Positions 23,950-32,583 of a stretch of 39,251 nt of DNA are shown piece by piece. Position 1 is the first letter of the stretch; every line of letters begins with the position of its first letter. Source of the DNA: a virus (lineage: Duplodnaviria; Caudoviricetes); the IMG/VR virus record IMGVR_UViG_3300037461_000497, positions 1-39,251 of that record; one strand, written 5' to 3'. A program made the translations under genes and the position numbers. The notes beneath the pieces were generated by a model that was given only the letters and a program-made list of their open reading frames with translations, searched no databases and was not told the DNA's origin.

Positions 23950-25484
23950 CGCGACCCTACCGGCGTGTATTCGAGGTCGTAGCCCTGCAGATCGCCGACC
24001 GTGCCGCCGGGAAACACGAACCGCACGGCGTGCAGCCGGCCGGTGCTGCGCACGTCCACCTTGCTGTCGGTGCTCGGCGTGAAGGTGTACGGCCCTTCCC
24101 AGGCATAGCCGGCGTTGAAGTCGATCTGCGCGCCGATGTACACCTGCAGGCTCGCGGCGCTGCTGCGCGGATAGATGGCGCGGACGTGCTTGACCGTGTC
24201 CAGGCCGTCCAGCACGAGGCCGGTGCGCTCGATGTACGAGGTGACGTTGACGCCGTCGAACTGCGGCGTGGCGTCCATCTCGAACAGGTCGGACGCGCTC
24301 GCCGCCACCAGCTTCTGCGTCGCCGGGTTGTAGGCGCGCGAGTCCCAGGTCGTGGTGTCAGAGTCCCAGGAGTTGGGATCGGCGCTCCAGGACACCGGGT
24401 CACTGCTGTCGAACAGCACGCCATAGCCGATGTGCGGACAGGCCGGCAGCTCGCGGTGGCCCCAGGTGCCGTCCTTCCAGTTCCACACCGCGGCGCGACT
24501 GATGCTCGCGCTGCCCGTCTCGTGGAAGCAACACCACATCTCGCTCTTGCTGAAGTTGCGCACCACGAACGAGCGCGTGTAGTAGGTCGGGTCGATGGCC
24601 GAGTACAGCTCCCTGCGAATGCGCCGGCTGGCCACCGACTCGATGCTCTGGCCGTCGTGCACGTAGCAGTCGTCGTTGCCGAACACGAAGTGCTTGCCGA
24701 AAAACTCCTTGGCGCACCGCTGCGCCAGGATGCCGGTGGTCTTGCTCACCTCGCGGAAGGTGTGGACGAACTTGCCGCCCACCTCCTGCATGGTGTGGAT
24801 CGCGTCGTCCTTGTAGATCACGAGCGCGTCGCGCAGCGCCTCGGCGTCGATGCAGTAGCCCGGCGTGCTGGCCAGTTCGTTCTGGCCCGCCTCGTTGGCC
24901 GGGTCGGCGAAGTCCCAGTCGCCGGGCACCGTCAGCGGATCTGCCCGGTCGGACCAGTACACCGTCTGCGGATAGCGCGTGGTGCCGGTGTTGAAGTCGA
25001 GCGCCACCAGGAAGTTGCGGTACGGCCGGATCACCTTGGCGGTGTAGCCCTTGTCGGCCCAGGTGGTGGTCGCGTCCCAGGTCAGCGCCGACAGCACCGC
25101 GCCGGTCCACATCTGCGGCGCGTCCTTGCCGTTGTTCAGCACCAGCACGCCGTTGAGCACGCCGCCGTTCCACAGGTCGCCGGCCGCGCCCGTGTAGTCG
25201 CCGGCCGCGCGCGTGATGTCCGCGTGCGTGCTGCCGTCGAAGCTGTACACCTTGTCGAGGCCCGGATACACCCAGTACAGCGTCGTGCTCTTGGTGGTCG
25301 GCACGAGGTAGTAGGGTGTCACGCTGGGCGTGGCGAAGCTCTGGTGGCCCAGGAACTTCTCGACGCCGCCGTCGCTGAACCGCACGTTCTTGCCCGCGGT
25401 CCAGGCGCCCGGCGGCAGCGTGGTCGGATCGACATCGCTGACGATGCCGATGGCGCCCAGGTCGGTGACGCGCAGGATCGGCAT
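23946..25484 (-). CDS. Tail nozzle/DNA stabilisation protein (P22 gp10-like)
   Basis: LPPGAWT..KNVRF, VYWSD, beta-propeller-like; position after adaptor and fibres. Confidence 0.75.
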   Translation of the reverse strand: MPILRVTDLGAIGIVSDVDPTTLPPGAWTAGKNVRFSDGGVEKFLGHQSFATPSVTPYYLVPTTKSTTLYWVYPGLDKVYSFDGSTHADITRAAGDYTGAAGDLWNGGVLNGVLVLNNGKDAPQMWTGAVLSALTWDATTTWADKGYTAKVIRPYRNFLVALDFNTGTTRYPQTVYWSDRADPLTVPGDWDFADPANEAGQNELASTPGYCIDAEALRDALVIYKDDAIHTMQEVGGKFVHTFREVSKTTGILAQRCAKEFFGKHFVFGNDDCYVHDGQSIESVASRRIRRELYSAIDPTYYTRSFVVRNFSKSEMWCCFHETGSASISRAAVWNWKDGTWGHRELPACPHIGYGVLFDSSDPVSWSADPNSWDSDTTTWDSRAYNPATQKLVAASASDLFEMDATPQFDGVNVTSYIERTGLVLDGLDTVKHVRAIYPRSSAASLQVYIGAQIDFNAGYAWEGPYTFTPSTDSKVDVRSTGRLHAVRFVFPGGTVGDLQGYDLEYTPVGSR

Positions 25485-25768
25485 CAGAGGATTCGCTCCA
25501 GCTCGGCCAGGGTCAGGCTGTCGTCGGCCAGGATGCTATCGGCGTGGGCGCTGGCCAGCGCGTTGATCTTGGCCGCCGCCAGGGCGATCAGTCGGGACCC
25601 GACCAGTTGCGCGTCGTTGTCGATCACTGCCTGCAAAATCGCCTGCTTCTGCAGTTGCGTGGCGTCGCCGACGCCGGCAACCAGTTGTGCCCAGGTCAGC
25701 GACGTGCGGTACTGCGGCGCGAGCTTGCGGACGATGCGTGCCTTGATCTCTTCTTTCGTCATGGCCAT
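25484..25768 (-). CDS. Hypothetical helical protein, possible fibre chaperone
   Basis: TGATG overlaps at both ends. Confidence 0.6.
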   Translation of the reverse strand: MAMTKEEIKARIVRKLAPQYRTSLTWAQLVAGVGDATQLQKQAILQAVIDNDAQLVGSRLIALAAAKINALASAHADSILADDSLTLAELERIL

Positions 25769-26421
25769 CAGAAATCGCTCCCGATCATCGACCCGCCGGG
25801 TATGTCGAGGTCGCACTCAATCGACATTGAATACCAATTCACTGCGGAATCCAGCGGCGCCAGCACGGAATAGGAGGTCGCGTACGGCAGCGCAGCCCAG
25901 TACGTTGCCAGGCACCAGCCGGTGCCATCGGTTTCGGCGCAGGTGGAAAACCCGGTCGGCGGCGCAATCCCAGAAGCGGCAATCTCCGCGTGGGCGGACA
26001 TGATCCCGATGTTGCCCTCACGGGATATGATCCATCTCCCGAGCACTTCCAAAGGATTGGACCATTGCGTGTAGGCGCGGGTCAGCGAGTAGTCAATCAG
26101 CCGCGCCCCAGAAATTTCGATGAGGTGCAGAGCGGCCTCGCCAAAGTTGCGCGGCGTGGTCCCGTCATTCCGATCAACGCTATCCGCGGTGAACGTCACG
26201 TCGCCCGCAGTGTCGTTGAACTTCCAGAACACGACAGGCGTTTGCCTAGTTTCCGCGGTTCCTTCAAGTGTCCAGCCAGCGGACTGGCTCCACTCGCCAA
26301 GCGGCGACCCATTGTAGGCACTTAGCACGGCAACAATCAGCGTCTCCGCGGCGGCGGTGATCGTCGCCGAGATCGTGTCGGTGCTGCTTGCCGTATTGGT
26401 GACTGTCTCTTCTACGTTCAC
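25768..26421 (-). CDS. Beta-rich putative receptor-binding/fibre-tip protein
   Basis: GTGA overlap; Thr/Ser-rich; lower GC than neighbours. Confidence 0.55.
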   Translation of the reverse strand: MNVEETVTNTASSTDTISATITAAAETLIVAVLSAYNGSPLGEWSQSAGWTLEGTAETRQTPVVFWKFNDTAGDVTFTADSVDRNDGTTPRNFGEAALHLIEISGARLIDYSLTRAYTQWSNPLEVLGRWIISREGNIGIMSAHAEIAASGIAPPTGFSTCAETDGTGWCLATYWAALPYATSYSVLAPLDSAVNWYSMSIECDLDIPGGSMIGSDF

Positions 26422-26993
26422 GACAGGTTGTAGTTCTGCAGGTACGACCCGTAGTAGGTCGTGCCGTCATAGTAGAACGCATAGATGTCATGGCGGCTGG
26501 CGGCACTCGTCATGGTCGGCGCCGCGCTCGCTGGCCACTCGACAGCCGCCGGCCAAGTCACGGTGTAGCCGCCGGCCGCCGCCTGGATCACCTTCAGCAC
26601 CAGCCCGGAGGTCGGTCCCGGCGGCGCGGTGAACGTCACCGTGGTGCTGGCCGTCAGGGTCATCTTCTGCTTCAGGCCGTTGTTCCAATCAATGGCCGAC
26701 GCCGTGGCCGCGTTGCCGGCGTTGTACTCGGCGTGGAAGCTCGCCGTCTTGAGGCCGCCCAGGTCGTTGTTGCCCATCGCGATGTCGCCGGCCATCGTGC
26801 CGCCGGTCAGCGCCAAGGCAGTGGTGTTGAGCAGCGTGTCGGTCGCGGTGACCGCGGCGTCGATGTTCGGGAATGTGGCCTTCAGCACGGACTTGATAAG
26901 GCGAATGTGGTCGTCGCCCTCGCTCTTGGCGTCGCCGCTGGCCGGATAGCTGGCGTTCAGGTCGTCAATGTAGGTGGCGCTTTCGACGGTCAT
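26418..26993 (-). CDS. Short tail fibre
   Basis: MTVESATYIDDLNASYP...SEGDDHIRLIKSVLKATFPN podovirus fibre N-terminus; LTGGTMAGDI. Confidence 0.75.
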   Translation of the reverse strand: MTVESATYIDDLNASYPASGDAKSEGDDHIRLIKSVLKATFPNIDAAVTATDTLLNTTALALTGGTMAGDIAMGNNDLGGLKTASFHAEYNAGNAATASAIDWNNGLKQKMTLTASTTVTFTAPPGPTSGLVLKVIQAAAGGYTVTWPAAVEWPASAAPTMTSAASRHDIYAFYYDGTTYYGSYLQNYNLS

Positions 26994-27610
26994 GGTGCAA
27001 ACCCCGTGCTGACTGTGAGCGTTGAGCCTGTCATGATCTCGGAACGGCCGCTGCGGTTGGCGTCCACCAGCGCCTGCCGGAACAGCGCCTCCCACACGCC
27101 GATGCGCGGATCGTCGTGCAGGAAGCCGCGCGCCTCGACCAGCGAGCCGTACAGCAGCAGGCTCGGGTACGTGGTCGTCAGGAAGTTGCTGGTGTTGCTC
27201 ACCGATAGCGCCGCCGGCCGCGCGTAGTAGATGCCCTTGATGGTGTAGTTGCTGTCCGGGTGCGGCCCGAAGATGAAGCTGGTCCCCTCGCGCGCGATGT
27301 ACGCCGGCATCCCCTCGCTTGAGCGCGTCGGGTAGCGGTTGTAGATGAAGTCGGTGGACACGCGCTGCAGCGGCTGCGTCGGCGAGCCGTCCACGTACGC
27401 GCTCTTGAGTTCCAGCAGGCCGGCCGGCACCGCGATCACGCCGCTTGCGATGGTGGCGTTGAGCGCCGTCTCCATGTCGGCGACGCGCAGGACCTGATAG
27501 ATCGCCTGCTCGGCCAGGGCGATGAAGTCGGTGACGTAGGCCGTCAGGTCGCTGCGGTCGAGCCAGGTGGCGACGGCTGTCTGCAGGTCGGAGTAGGTGC
27601 CCAGTGCCAT
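26990..27610 (-). CDS. Head-tail adaptor
   Basis: TYSDLQTAVATWLDRSDL...FIALAE; NFLTTTYPSLLLYGSLVEA. Confidence 0.8.
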   Translation of the reverse strand: MALGTYSDLQTAVATWLDRSDLTAYVTDFIALAEQAIYQVLRVADMETALNATIASGVIAVPAGLLELKSAYVDGSPTQPLQRVSTDFIYNRYPTRSSEGMPAYIAREGTSFIFGPHPDSNYTIKGIYYARPAALSVSNTSNFLTTTYPSLLLYGSLVEARGFLHDDPRIGVWEALFRQALVDANRSGRSEIMTGSTLTVSTGFAP

Positions 27611-28476
27611 TAGTGGAACCTCGCGAACACGGCCTGCCACTGCGCCGCCACGGTGGCCGGCGAGTAGCGGTCGCGGATATACCGCTGCCCGGCCTCGACC
27701 ATCGCCTTGACGGCGTCCGGGTGCTTGCGCGCCCAGCGGATGCCGTCGAGCATGGTGTCGGCGATGTAGATGTAGTCCTCCAGCTCGCGGTAGTGGTAGA
27801 TGTCGCTCGCCACCACGAACTGCCCCTGCCGCAACGCCTGGATCGCGCGGTTGTTGCTGGTGACCCACTTTTTGCGGTGCGCCGTGTCCTGCGGCAGGAT
27901 CACGATGTCGTGCTCCTCGAACGCCTTGAGCATGACCTCGCGCGAGTACGGCAGGAACCTGACGTTGACCTTGCTGGCCGGCTCCGGGATCGCCGTGATG
28001 GCCGTCAGCGGACAGTCCAGCTCGACGCCGCGTAGGGTGTTGATGTTCGGCAGGTTGCCGAACCACAGCACGCGCTGCCCGCCGCGCCAGTGGAATGGCC
28101 GCTCCTCGAACTCGTACGGGTCGAGGATCGGCACGACCTCGCGGCCCTGCGTCTCGGCGATCCACTCGGCGAGCTTCGGCGACGAGGCCGTCACCACGGT
28201 CGCCGCCGCGGTCATGTCCCGATACCAGTCGGCAAGGTCCGGCGTGTCGAAGTGGTAGTCGGTGATGTCGAACACGCCGCCCAGCTCGCGCATCTGGCGG
28301 ATGTCGTCCTCGCCGCCCCACTTGTGCCAGACGTTGACGGTCGCCGTCTGGTCCGGCTGGGTGTCCACGAACACCTCGGCGCCCTGCCGCACCAGTTCGG
28401 CGCCGGGAATGATCGCCCGGTAGCGCGTCGAGGCCAGTACCCCATCCATATCCTGCGTGACGTGATTGATCTTCAT
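27610..28476 (-). CDS. Glycosyltransferase-like protein (GT-B/GT4-like)
   Basis: ASTRYRAIIP, VFDITD, LWFGN, DIVILP...SNNRAIQAL..G, RYSPATVAAQW. Confidence 0.7.
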   Translation of the reverse strand: MKINHVTQDMDGVLASTRYRAIIPGAELVRQGAEVFVDTQPDQTATVNVWHKWGGEDDIRQMRELGGVFDITDYHFDTPDLADWYRDMTAAATVVTASSPKLAEWIAETQGREVVPILDPYEFEERPFHWRGGQRVLWFGNLPNINTLRGVELDCPLTAITAIPEPASKVNVRFLPYSREVMLKAFEEHDIVILPQDTAHRKKWVTSNNRAIQALRQGQFVVASDIYHYRELEDYIYIADTMLDGIRWARKHPDAVKAMVEAGQRYIRDRYSPATVAAQWQAVFARFH

Positions 28477-28940
28477 TTACGCGCCTCCAGGCGCATGTCG
28501 CGAACAGCAAAGTGCCATTGCGGCGGCGCCGGCTCGGCATCCCGAAAGCCGCTCTCTTCCACCAGTGACTTCAGCTCATCGAAGCCATACGCCCACTTGT
28601 GCGTCATAATGACCGACTGGTATCTCGGGTCACCGTACAGACCCCACAACGTCATCTGGTCCGGCAGGCCCTTGAGCAGATTGCGGACGATCTTGGCCAG
28701 GTCCGGGCACTCCAGCACCAGCTTGCCGCCGGGCTTGAGCACGCGCGCCCACTCCTCCAGCACCGCCGCCACTTCCCAGCGATAAAAGTGCTCGATGACG
28801 TGGATCGCCATGATCTCGTCGGCCGACTCGTCTTCGAACGGCAGCCTGCGTATGTCGGCATGCACGTCGGCGCGCGGATCAAGATCGACGTTGGTGTAGC
28901 CGACGATATTGCGGCAGCCGGACCCCAGGTTCAGCCTCAC
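28473..28940 (-). CDS. Class I SAM-dependent methyltransferase
   Basis: LNLGSG, NVD, LPFEDES, HVIEHF, RVLKPGG. Confidence 0.88.
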   Translation of the reverse strand: MRLNLGSGCRNIVGYTNVDLDPRADVHADIRRLPFEDESADEIMAIHVIEHFYRWEVAAVLEEWARVLKPGGKLVLECPDLAKIVRNLLKGLPDQMTLWGLYGDPRYQSVIMTHKWAYGFDELKSLVEESGFRDAEPAPPQWHFAVRDMRLEARK

Positions 28941-29647
28941 GCAACCGCCCTCGCATAGGCTCGCCAGTCCGGGTCCCACGGCGTCGCCACGGCGTCCGGT
29001 ACGTCCGGCGTTGCTAGGGTGTAATGCACCGCCTTGGCCTCGACCTGGGGGTCCGACCAGCCCTGCAGCCAGTTCCATTCCGGCGGCAGGAAGCCGATGG
29101 CGCCGTCCGTCAGCCACTGGAAGCCGTGCAGCCAGGCGCCCGGCTGCGAGTTGGCCTGGTACGTGGTCAGCATCTGGGCCTGCGGATGGCGCGCGTTGAC
29201 CAGCATCAGGCTCGACCAGTTCTTGCGCGGGTAGGCCTGCTGCGCCACGCCGCCGCGCAGCTTGGTGGTCTGCTTCGGCGCATAGGCGTGCGGCACGACC
29301 ATCACGGCGTAGCGGTCGTCGGCCAGGGCGAACAGGTCGGCGACATCCGCCCGCCACAGGAAGTCGGAGTCGCAGAACAGGACCCAGTCGGCGTCCTCGG
29401 CCACCGCCAGCATGGGGACCAGGAAGCGCGAGAAGCTGAAGTCGGTCGAGAACGGCTTGCCGTCCTGCGCGTCGTACCGCTGCCCGTCGTCGCTCCAGAA
29501 CGCGCGCCGGTACAGGCCGGCACGGCGCAGGTTGTCCTGCTTGAGCGGCGTGACGTACGCCCGCGGACAGTGCGCCAGCAGGGACGCCCGGCACACCCGG
29601 TAGGCGAGGTCTTCGCGCGCGTCGTAGCCGATAAAGACTCTAGGCAT
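28937..29647 (-). CDS. GT-A glycosyltransferase (GT8/CDI-like)
   Basis: VFIGYD.RE, STDFSFSRFLVP, DSD (DxD), YPRKNWSSLML, EWNWL, VHYT. Confidence 0.85.
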   Translation of the reverse strand: MPRVFIGYDAREDLAYRVCRASLLAHCPRAYVTPLKQDNLRRAGLYRRAFWSDDGQRYDAQDGKPFSTDFSFSRFLVPMLAVAEDADWVLFCDSDFLWRADVADLFALADDRYAVMVVPHAYAPKQTTKLRGGVAQQAYPRKNWSSLMLVNARHPQAQMLTTYQANSQPGAWLHGFQWLTDGAIGFLPPEWNWLQGWSDPQVEAKAVHYTLATPDVPDAVATPWDPDWRAYARAVA

Positions 29648-30590
29648 AGGCCACGCACGATTCGCAGATCGTCCCGGTCACGTCCTTTCTGAGGTGCGCC
29701 TCGCGCAGCGCGACGAAGGCCGGCGAGTTCCAGCCCTCCATGAACGGCACCTCGTGCAGATCCGCCATGATCCACGCGCTGGTCGCGTCGAAGCAGCACG
29801 CGCTCAGTTTGCCGTCCGCCGTGACGTGGCCCTCGGTGAACGCCGACCAGCACGGCAGCGGCTCGCGCAACGCGCCGATCCGGCCCTGGTTGCCCGCGGT
29901 CGGCCGGTAGCCCAGTTCCTCCTCGCGCTGCGTTGCCAGCGACCCCATGCTATACAGCGGCAGGTAGTAGTGCTGATCGACGTAGGGCAGCACGTACCGC
30001 TCCAGCGTGAGTTGCATGCGCTCGGCCTGCTCGCCGTCGTAGGCGATGCTGCTGGCATACAGGCCGCAGCGGAAGCCGCCGGCATCGCGGATGCGCCGCG
30101 CCTCGCGCAAGTTGTCGAGCGCCGCGTGAAAGAGCTTCGGCTTGACCGCCATGATCTCGGCGAACTGCTCCGGGTCGGCGGCGTTGACGCTGAACTTCAG
30201 CGAGTCCAGGCCGGCGCCGAACAGGGCCAGCGCCACGTCCGGCGTGCACAGGCTGCCGTTGGTCGTCAGGAACACATACGGCATCTGCAGTTGCGTCTTG
30301 AGGTAGCGCACTGCCTCGATGGTCAGGTCCGGCGCGGTCAGGCTCTCGCCGAGATAGAACACGCCGATCTCCTCGACGCCAGCTCTCCTCATCTCGGCGG
30401 TGATCTGCTTGAAGAACGCCAGATCCATCTTGGTGTTGGTCTGCGTCTCGCGCGTGCGCAAGGCGCAGAAAGCGCACCGGTAGTTGCAGGCGTTGGTCAG
30501 CTCGATCTTGACCGACTTCGGCGCCGGCAGGACCGCGGCCATGTACTCCGGCGCGATCTTGGTGATGCGGTCTATCTTGTCGGTGATCAT
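29640..30590 (-). CDS. Radical SAM protein with SPASM/Twitch domain
   Basis: CNYRCAFC; LTTNGSL; C-terminal PC...DGKLSACC...WNS...CESC. Confidence 0.92.
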   Translation of the reverse strand: MITDKIDRITKIAPEYMAAVLPAPKSVKIELTNACNYRCAFCALRTRETQTNTKMDLAFFKQITAEMRRAGVEEIGVFYLGESLTAPDLTIEAVRYLKTQLQMPYVFLTTNGSLCTPDVALALFGAGLDSLKFSVNAADPEQFAEIMAVKPKLFHAALDNLREARRIRDAGGFRCGLYASSIAYDGEQAERMQLTLERYVLPYVDQHYYLPLYSMGSLATQREEELGYRPTAGNQGRIGALREPLPCWSAFTEGHVTADGKLSACCFDATSAWIMADLHEVPFMEGWNSPAFVALREAHLRKDVTGTICESCVAYA

Positions 30591-32011
30591 GCCGCTTCCC
30601 TCGCGCCCGCGAACTGCTGCAGCGCCAGCGCCACCTGCTCGACGCTGTCGGCCCACTCGTCGTCCTTCGGCCGGCGGAACAGGCGCACGCTGCCGTAGTA
30701 CGGCATCCGCTCGCCGTGGTTGCAGTAGTGCTGGTTCGGCCAGGGGTGCACCAGACAGAAGGCCGGCGTGCCCAGCGCGCCCGCGGCGTGGATCGCCGTG
30801 GTCGGCACGCCGATGACGAGATCCAGCTCGGCGATCAGCGCGGCCGGGTCGTCGTAGTCCAGGTTGGCCTGGATGTGCACGTTGCTGTGGATCGGAATGT
30901 GCCGCCGCGCCACGAAGTCGCGCAGCTCGTCGCGCTTGTCCTGGTACTCCAGCGACACGAACGTATGGCCCTGCCGCAGCACCGGCAGCAGCGCGTCGAG
31001 CGGCAGATTGCGCGCCCGCTTGCCGGTCAGGGTGTGGCCGCCGTTGAGGCACAGGCCGATCTTGAGGCCGCCGCCCAGGCTGTCGAGCCAGCCGCGGTAC
31101 ATGGCCCGCAGGCCCGGATCGGCGACCAGATAGGGCGTCTTGGGGTAATCGGCCTCGCTCTTGCGGAAGTACGTGTGCAGGCTGAACAGGCTGCACGAGT
31201 GCGTGATGTCCGGTTTCTCGCCCCAGTCCAGTTGCTTCTTGAGCGCGTCGCCGTGCACCGGGATGCCGGGAAACGACCGCTGGAACAGGCTGCGCATCTT
31301 CGGGTCCACGTCCAGCGCGGCCACCGTCACGCACTGCATCACGTCGGTGAGCGGCTCGATGCCGGCGATCTGGTCGCCGATGCCCTGCTCGCTGTACACC
31401 AGCAGCCGCACGTCCTTGCCGGCGTCGCCCTGCCAGCGCGGCTCGCCGACGTAGTTGCGGATCTGCCGGTATTTCAGGTGGCCGGCGCCGTGCTCGTAGA
31501 GCGGCCAGCCGCGGCCGAAGTCGCGGTCCTGCAGGTAGGCAAAGCCCTTGTTGGACAGCGCCTGGATCGAGTCCGGCTGCACCGCCAGCGCCTTGTCAGC
31601 CCATTCGTGCACGGCGGCGGTGTCGTGCCGCTGCACCGCCAGGGTGGACAGGCCGAGCAGGGCCTTGACGTTGTCCGGCTCCAGGTCGAGCACCTGCCGA
31701 TAGACCGTCTCGCTGCGGTCCCACTGGCACAGCATGTCGTAGGCCTTGGCGAGGTTGAGCAGCGTCTCGGTGCGCTCGCCGTGGTTGGCCAGCAGCCAGT
31801 CGTACACGCAGCGTGCGTCGGCGTACCGCTCCTGCACGATGCGCAGCCGGCCCAGCAGGAACAGGCCGCGCATGTCGTCCGGGTGGTCGTTCAGGTAGTG
31901 CTTGAGGGCGACATCCGCCTGCTCGAACAGTTCGGAATCGAGCAGCGCGCGGATGTAGTCGAGATCGCCAGCGGTCCAGTGGTGCTGCTCCAGCACAACG
32001 CGCTTTGTCAT
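30587..32011 (-). CDS. TPR-repeat protein fused to GT9-like glycosyltransferase
   Basis: N-terminal TPR helices; EQGIGDQI; PYL; LDLVIGVPTTAIHAAGALG; PYYGSVRLFR. Confidence 0.85.
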   Translation of the reverse strand: MTKRVVLEQHHWTAGDLDYIRALLDSELFEQADVALKHYLNDHPDDMRGLFLLGRLRIVQERYADARCVYDWLLANHGERTETLLNLAKAYDMLCQWDRSETVYRQVLDLEPDNVKALLGLSTLAVQRHDTAAVHEWADKALAVQPDSIQALSNKGFAYLQDRDFGRGWPLYEHGAGHLKYRQIRNYVGEPRWQGDAGKDVRLLVYSEQGIGDQIAGIEPLTDVMQCVTVAALDVDPKMRSLFQRSFPGIPVHGDALKKQLDWGEKPDITHSCSLFSLHTYFRKSEADYPKTPYLVADPGLRAMYRGWLDSLGGGLKIGLCLNGGHTLTGKRARNLPLDALLPVLRQGHTFVSLEYQDKRDELRDFVARRHIPIHSNVHIQANLDYDDPAALIAELDLVIGVPTTAIHAAGALGTPAFCLVHPWPNQHYCNHGERMPYYGSVRLFRRPKDDEWADSVEQVALALQQFAGAREAA

Positions 32012-32379
32012 AGCTTCCCTGGGATGGTCTTGAGGTAGGAGTAGTCGCGCGAGTTGAGCAGGCGCTTGAACTTGCGCTGCCCCTCGGGCGACAGCCGGTG
32101 CGGCCGGTCGCCGCGACTGCCTTCGTAGAGGTCGAAATTTTCCTCCTTGAGCCACTTGTGCTGGACACCGACCGGGATCGACGCGGCGTGCATCCAGCCG
32201 CGCTTGATGCCGCGCTTCATGCGCTGCTCGTCGTTGGCCAGCCGCTTGTTGCGGTCGAGGATCGCCTCGACCACGCGCGGGTCCTGGAACGTCTCCAGGG
32301 CAAAGCCGCCATCCGGCGTGTCGTGGTAGTACTGCGCCATGCCGGTGGCGGCGTCGTAACTGAGCAACCTGCGCGCCAT
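32008..32379 (-). CDS. Conserved-looking phage hypothetical protein
   Basis: ILDRNK, HAASIP..V..KW, LNSRDY.YL.T; coupled to the GT gene. Confidence 0.7.
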   Translation of the reverse strand: MARRLLSYDAATGMAQYYHDTPDGGFALETFQDPRVVEAILDRNKRLANDEQRMKRGIKRGWMHAASIPVGVQHKWLKEENFDLYEGSRGDRPHRLSPEGQRKFKRLLNSRDYSYLKTIPGKL

Positions 32380-32380
32380 G

Positions 32381-32524
32381 TCACATCCGGCCGCTGCCGC
32401 CCTTGGGCTTGCTGCTCGGCATCCGGTGGCCGTCCTTCGGCGCCGGGTGCCGGCCAGAGAAACCGCTTTTGGTTTCGTTGTGCTTGAGCATCTTCTTGGG
32501 ATCGGGTCCAGACTTCGCCTTCAT
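32381..32524 (-). CDS. 47-aa basic peptide MKAKSGPDPKKM...KPKGGSGRM
   Basis: GGAGG RBS after the capsid terminator. Confidence 0.55.
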   Translation of the reverse strand: MKAKSGPDPKKMLKHNETKSGFSGRHPAPKDGHRMPSSKPKGGSGRM

Positions 32525-32534
32525 GCGTGCCTCC

Positions 32535-32561
32535 AAACAAAGGGGGCGCCGAAGCGCCCCC
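32535..32561 (-). terminator. Intrinsic terminator after the major capsid gene
   Basis: GGGGGCGC-TTCG-GCGCCCCC then TTTGTTT. Confidence 0.85.
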
Positions 32562-32583
32562 GTGGTTGCGGTTGTGGATACGG

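Noticed and set aside
22668-26421. Diversity-generating retroelement or invertible fibre cassette
   Set aside because: No reverse transcriptase, TR/VR pair or invertase seen
29640-32524. RiPP cluster (rSAM/SPASM plus short upstream peptide)
   Set aside because: No RRE/PqqD domain, protease or transporter; the glycosyltransferase context favours sugar tailoring, though it is not fully excluded
32574-32582. TGTGGATAC, DnaA-box-like
   Set aside because: One mismatch, isolated, in the capsid 3' UTR; likely chance
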